In this document: one piece after another, positions 51,114 to 64,000 of the stretch
How the letters are laid out: the number at the start of each line of letters is the position of its first letter
Numbering within the stretch: the first letter of the stretch is position 1
Source: the human T2T-CHM13v2.0 reference genome, Homo sapiens
Assembly (NCBI RefSeq): GCF_009914755.1
Contig: NC_060929.1
Direction: 5' to 3' (one strand)
Length of the DNA stretch: 64,000 bases
Program-made: the position numbers and the translations under genes
Notes under the pieces: generated by a model
Told to the model about the DNA's origin: nothing
What the model saw: only the letters and a program-made list of their open reading frames with translations
Database searches by the model: none

Positions 51114-53416
51114 TCTATTAGTCCATTTTCACACTGCTGATAAAGACATACCCGAGACTGGGCAATTTACAAAAGAAAGAAGTTTATTGGACTTACAGTT
51201 CCACATGGCTGGGAAGGCCTCACAATCATGGCAGAAGGCAAGGGAGAGCAAGTCACATCTTATGTGGATGGCAGCAGGTAAAGATATTGTGCAGGGAAAT
51301 GCGCGTTTTTAAAACTATCAGATCTCATGAGACCCATTCACTGTCATGAGAACAGCACAGGAAAGACATGCCCCCATAATCCAGTCATTTCCCACTGGGT
51401 CCCTCCCACAACACGTGGGAATTATGGGAGCTAGAAGATGAGATTTGTGTGGGGACACAGAGTCAAACCATGTTATTCCACCCCTGGCCCCTCCCAAATC
51501 TCGTATCTTCACATTCAGAACCAATCATGCCTTCCCAACAGTCCCCTGGGGTGTTAATTTATTTCAGCATTAACTTAAAAGTCCACAGTCCAAAGTCTCA
51601 TCCAGGACAAGGCAAGTCCCTTCTGCCTATGAGCCTGTAAAATCAAAAGCTAGTTAGTTACTTCCTAAATACAATGGGGGTACAGGCATTGGGCAAATAC
51701 AGCCATTCCAAATGGGAGAAATTGGCCAAAACAAAGGGGCTACAGGCCCTATGCAAGTCTGAAATTCAGCGGGGAAGTCAAATCTTAAAGCTCCAAAATG
51801 GTATCTTTTGACTCCATGCCTCACATCCAGGTCACACTGATGCAAGAGGTGGGTTCCCATGGTCTTGGGCACCTCCTCCCCTGTGCTTTGCAGGGTACAG
51901 CCTCCCTCCCAGCTTCTTTCACAGGCTGACATTGAGTGTCTGTGGCATTTCCAGGCATATGGTGCAAGCTCTAGGTGGATCTACCATTCTGGGGTCTGGA
52001 GGACTGTGGCCTTCTTCTCACAGTTCCACTAGATGGTGCCCCAGTAGGGACTCTGTGTGGGGGCTGTGACCCCACATTTCCCTTCTGTACTGCCCTAGCA
52101 GAGGTTCTCCATGAGAGCTCTGCCCTGTAGCAAATTTCTGCCTGGACATCCAGTTATTTCCATACATCTCTGCAATCTAAGCGGAGGTTCCCAAACCTCA
52201 GTTCTTGACTTTTGTGTACCTGCAGGCTCAATACCACATGGAAGCTGCCAAGGCTTGGGGCTTGCATCCTCTGAAGCCACAACCTGAGCTGTACCTTGGC
52301 CCCTTTTAGTCATGGCTAGAGCTGCTGGGACACAGGGCACCAAGTCCCTATGCTACACACAGCGGGGGTCTACAGGCCTGGCCCATGAAACCACTTTTTC
52401 CTCCTTGGCCTCCCGGGGTGTGTTGGGAGGGGCTGCCATGAAGACCTCTGACATGCCTGGAGACATTTTCCCCATTGTCTTGGGGATTAACATTCAGCTC
52501 CTCGTTTTTAATGCAAATTTCTGCACCTGGCTTGAATTTCTCCTCAGAAAATGGGATTTTCTTTTCTATCACACTGTCAGGCTGCAAATTTTCCAAACTT
52601 TTATACTCTGTTTCCATTATAAAACTGAGTGCCTTTAACAGCACCCAAGTCACCTCTTGAATTATTTTCTGCTTAGAAATTTCTTCTCCCAGATCATCCT
52701 CTGCCTAAATCACCTCTCTCTAGTTCAAAGTTCCACAAATCTCTAGGGTGGGGCAAAATGCTGCCAGTTTATTTGCTAAAACAAAGCAAGAGTCACCTTT
52801 GCTCCAGTTTCCAACAAGTTCCTCATTTCCATCTGAGACCACCTCAGCCTGGACCTTATTGTTCATATCACTATCAGCATTTTTGTCAAAGCCATTCAAC
52901 ATGTCTGTAGGAAGTTCCAGACTTTCTCACATTTTCCTGTCTTCTGAGCCCTCCAAACTGTTGCAACCTCTGTCTGTTTCCCAGTTCCAAAGTTGCCTCC
53001 ACTTTTTCAAGTATCTTTCCAGCAACACCCCACTCCTGGTACCAATTTACTGTATTAGTCCATTTTCACACTGCTGATAATGACATACCCGAGGCTGGGC
53101 AGTTTACAAAAGAAAGAGGTTTACTGGACTTACAGCTCCACATGGCTGGGGAGGCCTCACAATCATGGCAGAAGGCAAGGAGGAGCAAGTCACATCTTAT
53201 GGGGATGGCAGCAGGCAAAGACAGAGATTGTGCTGGGAAACTCCCGTTTTTAAAACCATCAGATTTCATGAGACTCATTCACTATCATGAGAACAGCACA
53301 GGAAAGACCTGCCCCCATAATTCAGTCATCTCCCACCAGGTCCCTCCCACAACATGTGGGAATTACGGGAGCTACAAGAAAAGATGTGGCTGGGGACACA
53401 GAGCCAAATCATATCA
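51114..53416 (-). mobile_element. Complete THE1 (THE1C-like) MaLR provirus: LTR 51114-51475, internal 51476-53050, LTR 53051-53416
   Basis: Two similar ~360-bp direct LTRs (tattagtccattttcacactgctgataa...ggggacacagag), 1.6-kb internal region, 5-bp TSD ccagt on both sides. Confidence 0.93.
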
Positions 53417-54706
53417 CCAGTGAATTGTATTTTTATCCACTTCCTCTATGGTACTTGTTCTGTTGGTTTTCTCAGTCTTCTCTTTCATACTGTCATTTTT
53501 CCTTATGTGTCCTCAAATTTTTCTTTAATGTGTTTGCTACTCATATATCTGACTGGAACATTACTCGAGTTATTATAATAGCAAGGATGAATTTCCAGTA
53601 GCTCAATAGGTCCTTTTTCTAGCAGACTCCTCCACTGAAGTTAAAAAATTTCTGGTGACCTCATTTTTTAACATTCACTATGTTATTAATATAACCATTT
53701 TCCGATGCCAAAAATTCTAACATACTAATTTTATTGGTTGCATAGTTTTTCATCATAGTACTGTTTACTCTTTCTCTTATTATTGGATATTTGATTTTTT
53801 CCAGCTTTTCATTAAATAACATCAAGAACACATTTGTACATGTATTTCTTCATGTATCTCTGATGGTTTTCAGTGTTAATTCCTAGAGTGAAATTTATAG
53901 GTCATGAAAGATTTCTAATAGACATTGCTAAATTGTCTTTTGGAAGATTGTAACAAGTCTCTGTCTCATAAAAATACCCTTTCCCCGCAGCACTCTTGAT
54001 AATGGCAGATCATGTTCTTTTTAATCTCTGCTAACTTAGCAATATACATATTACAATATATATATAGAATGTGAATATTTTCCTGTTTGAATTTACATAT
54101 TTGGGTGTTTTCATGAGTTTCTTTTGTGAATTGACTCTTTATGTTCTTTGCCTGTTTTTCTGTTCACCATTTTGTTTCGCTTTGTCAGACTTTATTTTGG
54201 GAATGTTAAGTGCTCATTATAATTACTGTAAGTTTTTTCTCAGTTTGTGGTTTGCCTTTAACTTTTTTATTATGTGTCTTTTGCTAAATATATGTTTTGA
54301 TGACATATATGTAAAGCCACCCACTCACCTGTCCAGAGATTAAATTTCATCTATATAGCTTGGTATGTTTATGATTTCTAGTTTTACATTAAACTTTTAA
54401 ATCCATGTACATTTATGTTGGAATATGGCTTATATAGGGACACATCTTTGTTTTTTCTGAAATAACTAATTAGCTAGCATCTTTTTCATTGACTGGTAGT
54501 TCATCCTTTCCCTATTAATTTGAAATCTCACCTCTGTCATATACAAAATGTTTTTTATAAATATGTGTGTGTATCTGCCTAGAAATAACTTGTCCAGGCA
54601 CATCTTACAATTCTTGACATTTCTAACAAGACCACTCTGTTACTTTACTGTTTTAGAAAGCACTTAAGTATAATGCTTAATCTACTGTATTAAAACTGTA
54701 TACAAC

Positions 54707-55012
54707 AGCCAGGCATGGTGGCTCATGCCTGTAATCTCAGCATTTTGGGAGGCTAAGGCAGGAGGATCATTTGAACCCAGGAGTTCAACAACAGCCCAGG
54801 CAACATAGTGAGACCTTGACTCTACAAAAAATTTAAAAATTAGCTTGGTGTGGTGGCATGCGCCAGTGGTCCCAGATATTCAGGAGTCTGAGGTGGGCAC
54901 TCGCTTGAGCCTGGGAGGTTGAGGCTGCAGTGAGCTGTTATCACTGCCACTGCACTCCAGCCTGGGTGACAGATCAAGAGCCTGTCTCAAAAACAAAAAA
55001 CAAAACAAAAAA
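54707..55012 (+). mobile_element. Alu (J-like)
   Basis: Alu dimer; TSD aaaactgtat. Confidence 0.9.
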
Positions 55013-55852
55013 CTGTATCCAGGGCTTGTGTATTATCCTAATTTCTAAAAATCAATGACCCCCCAAAATATTTCCCTTATCAGAATGTTCTGTTATCAGC
55101 CAAAGATTTCTTTCTGTCAGCTCACATCCTGCCACAATAAAGGCAAACAGTGGTAGACAGGGTGAACCATTGTGATTCTGAAGCATTCTAAGTGGTTTCA
55201 GGGATATGAAAGTTTCATCATCCTGTTTTGTGGTAGGGGAAAAGGAAATATTGTTAAAGTAAACATTGAAATTTGAGGTAAATACCAGTATTCGAACTTT
55301 GAAAAAGTAGCCAGAATGTTCCTAAGGTGGCAACATTTCAGAAATTATACAATTTCTCAATGCCGCTAGTTATTGGAACAGTTCTAAGGCTCTGCCCATG
55401 TGTTGACATCACATTCCATCTCCCTTGTTCTTATAGGGCTTCAGCCACACAGCTGGTTAAGGTGCAATTTGACCATGACTTTCTTAAGAAATGAAAGGTA
55501 CATTATGGTGCTGTAGGTCAAATGTGAAGTATGTGTCCTATTTTGTGAACTATTGTAGCAAAACTAAATCAATGAAGGGATTTTGCTGAGAAAGTAGTTA
55601 CCAGCATTCACAAAGCTGGCTACTGGGTGAAAAACCTGAATTCTGAGTTTTGCAATTAACTGCATAACACTGAGTATTACCTAATAATGATTCCTTTGTT
55701 TTTTTCAGTTCCTTTTGCATTATATAGGTGTTTTCCCAAATGTGTTCTGAAAGACATTATTGCTGCAAGGTGCTCTGGAAGACATTTCAGGGACCATGGT
55801 TAAATCAGTTAAAGAAAAGCTGTGTACTAGATCCTTCTCTAAGAAATGCACT

Positions 55853-56169
<317 letters not shown>

Positions 56170-56757
56170 CTAAAGGCTTTAAGAAGTCTTACAGAAAAGA
56201 AATTTAAATCTTTTGGATCTATTTCTTGACATCTGTAGGAACTGTTTCATAAAATCTACTTTAGGAACCTGTATTAGCTGCTGTCCAAGGTATCAAACGT
56301 CTATAATTCTAGTTCCAGTAAAAAGTTGTATATAAATAACTTACTTTATATGTAGTACTTTAATTTGTAATATCAGTATGGAATCTTCTTAAGGAAACAC
56401 TGAAAAAAACCTTTAATTGTACAAGATCTTTGTACAGTATCATGGACTTTTAAACACAGAAACACAGAGAAGTATTGTTTTGTCCTGTGAATACCAAAAC
56501 TTTGATTTGGATTTATTAGTGAGAAAAAAGCAGGATCAAACGTTTCCCTACTTTTTAGGAGTTCTGTGCAATACCTCAAATTCTATCCAGAATGTTCCTA
56601 CAAAGTACAGTATGATGTTAGACACTCTTTACATCCAACATGTTTTCTTTTGTTTAATTTAATTTGAGCTATTATTGGCTCAAAATATACAGATTCTTAG
56701 TGATCTTTTATATTTATTGTTCATAAAATAATGTTCGGCTTCCTAATAAGAAAGTGA

Positions 56758-56991
<234 letters not shown>

Positions 56992-57029
56992 TAAACTGTA
57001 TTTAAAAAGAAATTAATTTGTAAATTATT

Positions 57030-57240
57030 ATTTTTAAATGACAGTCATAATTGTGCCATATTTATGGGGTACAATGTGATGTTTTGAAACATATAAACAA
57101 TATGGAGTGATTAAATTAACCTAATTAACACATTCCTCACCTCATTTAAATATCATTTTTTGTGGTGAGACATTTGAAATTTCTCTTAGTTATTTTGAAA
57201 TATATATTATTACTGCTGTAGTCATAATACCGTTATGCAA
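57030..57240 (-). mobile_element. L1MA-type 3' end fragment 50 bp downstream of the MSH3 exon
   Basis: atatttatggggtacaatgtgatgtttt...tttttgtggtgagacatttgaaat. Confidence 0.7.
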
Positions 57241-58079
57241 TCCCTGCATACCCTTTTGTACATGGATGATACATATTATACACATTATTTTCCTGATCTC
57301 AGTCTCCAAATACTCAAAATTATCTTTTTTATAATTGACTGCAGTCCTGCAAGTGATCATTAGAATGCTACACACTGAATTCAGACAGATTGACCCTAAA
57401 TAATGTTTGTAGTTTTTTGATATATGTTCCTTTTTTTGCTGACTCAACATAAATCTGGTTGTACGAAAAAGGCCTTCCTGGCAATATTTTCACTCAGAAT
57501 TATATCTTATTATCCTTGGTGAACCCTAAATCAAGAACAGGTACCATCCATCTACAGCCAAATTCCTCGAGGGAAAAACAAGGAAATAGTGCCATTTCCA
57601 CTTTGTGAAATCCTTTTTTTCACCAACATCCTGAAGGATCTCACTGTGAGATCTTTGATCTCATCTCTTTGTGTTTCTATCTGATTCAGTAACATCATTC
57701 CTTCAATACATGTCTCCTTTTTTTCAGGGTGCATTTCTAAGCTTCAGTGTAAAATTTTGTTTGTGTCAAACTTTCTATCCCTGTCATTTCCATCTAACTC
57801 TCTCCTTTAGTTTACTTTCTCTATCTTGTTCATTTTGGTCTCTGCTTTTCAAATCTCCCCTTCATGGCACCTCTCCTTAGGTCTTTCCCTTCTCTGGTCT
57901 TTCTTTCTGTTTTCCCCCCCATTTTCTTGCTCCTTTGTCATTGTGTCTTCCCTCATTTTCATTTCTTTCTCTCTTCCTTAAATAGCCAATAAAATCATAT
58001 TTTTAATATTTCTTTTCAAAAAGCAACACAAAAATAAAATGTATTTTTCTTTAACCTTTTGTTGCCATTGGTGTTTTGG

Positions 58080-58890
<811 letters not shown>

Positions 58891-59039
58891 CTCAGGTTTT
58901 GTTTAAACATTTATTTAGATTACATAGGTAATTATAACATTTTGTTTTTTTTAAGGAATTTTTTGTTTTGCTTTAAAAAATTTATTTGCAAAAAGATGTA
59001 ACTCAGAAACTTTAATCATTATAGAAACTACGTAGGAAA

Positions 59040-59375
59040 TGATGAGTTCATGTCCTTTATAGGGACATGGATGAAGCTGGAAACGATCATTTTCAGCAAA
59101 CTATCGCAAGGACAAAAAACCAAACACCGCATGTTCTCACTCATAGGTGGGAGTTGAACAATGAGAACACATGGGCACAGGAAGGGGAACATCACAAACT
59201 GGGGCCTGTTGTGGGGTGGGGGGAGGGGGGAGGGATAGCATTAGGAGATATACCTAATGTTAAATGACGAGTTAATGGGTGCAACACACCAACATGGCAC
59301 ATGTATACAAATGTAACTGACCTGCACATTGTGCACATGTACCCTAAAACTTAAAGTATAATAATAATAAAAAAA
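59040..59375 (+). mobile_element. 5'-truncated L1PA (PA4/5-like) 3' end
   Basis: L1 3'UTR with G-rich tract and taccctaaaacttaaagtataat tail; 17-bp TSD agaaactac(g/a)taggaaa at 59023-59039 and 59376-59392. Confidence 0.92.
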
Positions 59376-60682
59376 AGAAACTACATAGGAAAGCAATTGA
59401 CTTTTGTACATTAACCTTGGATCCTGCAACCTTGCTGTAATCACTTACTAATTCCAGTCTGTGTGTATGTTTGCCAATTCTTTTGAATTTCCTACATAGG
59501 CAGTCATGTCAGATACAAACAGACAGTTTCACTTCTTTCTTCCCCATCTATTTTTTTTTCTTGTCTTATTGCAGTAACTAGGACTTTCAGTACAGTGTTG
59601 AAAAAGCAGTAAGAAAGGATATCGTTGCCTTGTTTCTGATCTTAGTGGGAAAGCTTTGAGTTTCTCACCGTTAAGTATGATGTTAGCTAGAGGTTGTTTG
59701 TGGATATTCCTTACCAAATTGAGGAAGTTCTCCTCTATTCCTAGTTTACTGAGAGTTTTTATTGAATGGGTGTTAGATTTTGTCAAATGCTTTCTGTGCA
59801 TCTATTGATATGGTCATGTGATTTTTCTTCTTTAGCCTGTTGATGTGATGGATTACGTTAACTGGTGTTCAAATGTTGAATGAGTCTTACACACTTGGGA
59901 TGAGTCCTACTTGGTTATGGTCTGTTTTTCTTTTTATACATTGTTGGATTCATTTTGCTAATATTTTATTGAGGATTTTTGCATCTATGTTTATGAGAGA
60001 TACTGGTTTATAGTTTTCTTATAATGTCTTTGGTTTTAGTATTAAGGTAATGCTGGCCTCATAGAATGAGTTAGAAAGTATTTACTCCACTCCTGTCCTC
60101 TGAAAAAGACTATAGAGAATTGGTAAAATATCTTCCTTAAACATTTGGTGGAGTTCACCAGTGAAGCCATCTGGGCCTATGATTTTGGTTTTAGAAGGCC
60201 ATTGACTCAAGTTCTTCAATAGATATAGACCTATTCAGAATTTCTGTTTTTTTTCTTGTGTGAGTTTTGGCTCATTGTGTCTTTTAAGGAATTGTTTTTC
60301 AAGAAATTTTCACCAAAGTTACCAAATTTGTGGACATAGAGTTGGTCATAGTATTCCTTTATTATCCTTTTATTTGTCCACGGCATCCATAGTGTTGTCC
60401 TTTTCATTTCTGATATTAGCCATTTGTGTCTTTTCTCTTTTGTTCTTAGTTAGCTTGACTAGAAGCTTATCAGTTTTCTTTTCAAAGAACCAGCTTTTGG
60501 TTCTATTGATTATTTTCCCCATTGCTTTCTTGTTTTAATTTCATTGATTTCTGCTCTAATTTTTATTATCTCTTTTCTTTTGCTTATTTTTGCTCTTCTC
60601 TTTCTGGTGTCCTAAGATAGAAGCTTAGATTGTTTATTTTAAATTGTTCTTTTTTTCTAATGTGTTCAGTGCTATAAATTTT

Positions 60683-61021
<339 letters not shown>

Positions 61022-61715
61022 CTATGCACTGCTTTTGGTGCGGTTCCACAAATTTTGATAAGGTGTGCTTCCTGTTTTTACTTAGTTCCAAATATTTTAA
61101 ATTTCTCTTTATTTCTTTTTTGACCCATATGTTTTTTAAGAATGTGTTGTTTAGTCTCCATGTATTTGGGGATTTTCCAGTTACCTTTTTGTTATGATTC
61201 CTAGTTTAATTCCATTGTGGTATGAGATCAAATATTGTATGATTTTTATTATATTAAATTTGTCAACATGTGTTTTATGGCCCAAAATGTGGTCTTTCTT
61301 GGTGAATGTTCCATGTTAGCTTGAGATGAATGTGTATTCAGCTGTTGGTTGAAGTATCTATAGATATAAATGATGTCTAGTTGATTGATGGTGTTGTTGA
61401 GTTCAGCTGTGTCCTTACTGATTTTCTGCCTGCTGGATCTGTCTGTTTCAGATGGAGGAATTTTGATATCTCTAACTATAGTAGTATGTTCATCTGTTTC
61501 TCTTTGTAGTTCTATCAGCTTTTGCCTCATGTAGTTTGACATTCTCTTGTTAAATGCATACATGTTAAGGATATTATGTCTTCTTGGACATAAGACATAA
61601 TATCCTTTATCATTTTATCATTATCCCTTTATCATTATATAATATCCTTCTTTATCCCTGACAAATTTACTTGATCTGAAGTCTGCTCTGTCTCAAATTA
61701 ATATAGCTACTCTAA

Positions 61716-62085
<370 letters not shown>

Positions 62086-62372
62086 CCTCCATATATTTTT
62101 AATATGTAGTTATTTTTATATTTAAGGTGAGTTTCTTGTAGACAACATACAGTTAGGTCTTATTTTTTGATCCACTCTGATAATCTGTCTTTTAACTGGT
62201 GCATTTAGATCATCAGCATTCAAAGTGATTATTGATAGAGTTGGATTAATATTTACCATTTTTTACTTTTTTCTATTTGTTGTTCTTGTTCATTGTTCCT
62301 ACATGTGTCTTCCACTGTTTTTCTGTCTTATGTGGTTTTAACTGAGTATTTTATATTATTTCATTTTCTCTC

Positions 62373-62538
62373 TTTTTTTTTTTTTTTGTTTTTTGTTTTT
62401 TGGTTTCTTGGGGTGTTTTTTGAGGTGGGATCTTACTGTGTTGCCTAGGCTGGCCTCAAACTCCCGGGCTGAAGTGACCTTCCCACCTCAGCCTCCCAGG
62501 TAGCTGGGAGTACAGGTGCATGGCACTGTGCCCAGCTA
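62373..62538 (-). mobile_element. FLAM-type Alu monomer
   Basis: Single monomer with T-rich tail; TSD attttctctc. Confidence 0.8.
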
Positions 62539-64000
62539 TTTTCTCTCCTTTCTTAGCGTATCAGTTATATTTCTTGTTTTACTTTTTCTAGTGGTTGTCC
62601 TGGAGTTTGCAATATACGTTTGCAACTAATCCAAGTCTACTTTCAAATAACACTATATTGCTTTATGAGTAATGCACGTATTTTTTAATAACAAAATAAT
62701 CCTGATTACTTTCTTCCATCCTTTGCACCATCACTGTCATTTATTTCACTTATACTTAAGTGTACATAAGCATATATATATATAAACATACATAATCGCA
62801 TACACTGTTGCTATTATTATTGTGAACAAAATGTTATGCTAGATCCACTAAAAATAAGAAAAATAAAAGTTTTTCGCCTTCACTGGTTCCTTCTTCAATG
62901 CTGCACTTTTCTTTATGTAGATACAAGTTTCTGACCCCTGTCATTTTCCTTCCTTCTAAAGAACTTTCCTTAAACATTTCAGGATAGATCTGCTGGCTAC
63001 AAATCCTCAATTTTTGTTTGTCTGAGAATGTCTTTATTTCTCCTTCAGTTTTGAAGGATTATTTTGCAAGGTACAGAATTCTAGGTTGGAGAGGTTTGTT
63101 GTTTTTTTTTTTTTTTCCTCTCAAAACTTTAGATATTTTACTCCACTCTTTTCTTGCTTTTGTGGTTTCTGAGAAGTCAGATGTAATTTTTATCTTTGAG
63201 CTTGTGTGGATAAGGTGTTTCTTCCCTCTGGCTTACTTCAGTATTTTTTTTTTCTTTATCTTTGGTTTTCTGTAGTTTGAATATGATTTGTCTAGGTGTG
63301 GTTTTGGGGACATTTATCCCGTTTGGTGTTCCCTAAGCTTCCCAGATCTGTGGTTTTGTGTCTGACATTACTTTGGGGAAATTCTCAGTCATTATTGTTT
63401 TAAGTATTTCTTCTGTTTCTTTCTCTCTTTATTTTCTCTCTGGTATTCTCATTAGCTGCATGTTATATCTTTTGTAGTTGTCTCAAACTTTTTGGATATT
63501 CTGAGGTTTTTTTCTAGTCTTTTTCTGTTTGCATTTCCATTTTGGAGATTTCTATTAAGATGTCCTCAAGCTCAGAGATTCTTCCCTCAGCTGTGTCCAG
63601 TCTACCAGTAAGCTCATCAAACACATTCTTCATTTCCATCACAGTGTTTTTGATCTCTCGTTTCCTTTTGGTTTTTTCTTAGAATATGCATCTCTGTGCT
63701 TACATTGCCCATCTGTTATTGCATGCTGTCTGTGTTAACCATAGAGCCCTTAGCATACTAATCAGTTGCTTCCAATTCCCAGTCTGATAATTCCAACATT
63801 CCTGCCATAGCTATGTCTGGTTCTGATGCTTGCTCTGTCTCTTCATATTTGTGGGTTTTTACTTTTAGTATGTCTTGCGACTTTTTCTTGACAGCTGGCT
63901 ATGATGTATTGGGTAAAAGGAACTGCTGTAAGTTAGGTTTTAGTAATGTGCTGGTAAGGGTCTAGGGGAGGAGTCCTATGATTAAGTCTCAGTCTTACCT

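Overview
This is primate, almost certainly human, genomic DNA from inside the mismatch-repair gene MSH3 (+ strand). Only two host coding exons are present. 16241-16398 carries the Walker A motif GPNMGGKS (probably exon 20) and 56793-56979 carries Walker [12 protein letters not shown] (probably exon 21). They are joined in frame across a 40.4-kb phase-2 intron. The rest is intronic and mostly repeats: about 24 Alus, a full-length antisense L1PA7-like element (43254-49721), a 5'-truncated SVA, a complete THE1 provirus, older L1/L2/MIR/MER elements, and a processed RPS26 pseudogene split by an Alu. Nearly all ORF-track entries are repeat-derived. I see no new multi-gene system. The best leads are three. 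(1) The antisense L1 keeps an open ORF0 homologue whose splice donor is in frame with the MSH3 Walker-B exon. (2) Three short locally templated insertions each lie about 1.75-1.9 kb from their donor; one carries a private deletion that marks its source. (3) The L1 has a chimeric double 3' end and sits inside a 1.5-mer Alu. Subfamily names, exon numbers and residue numbers come from recall and need database confirmation.
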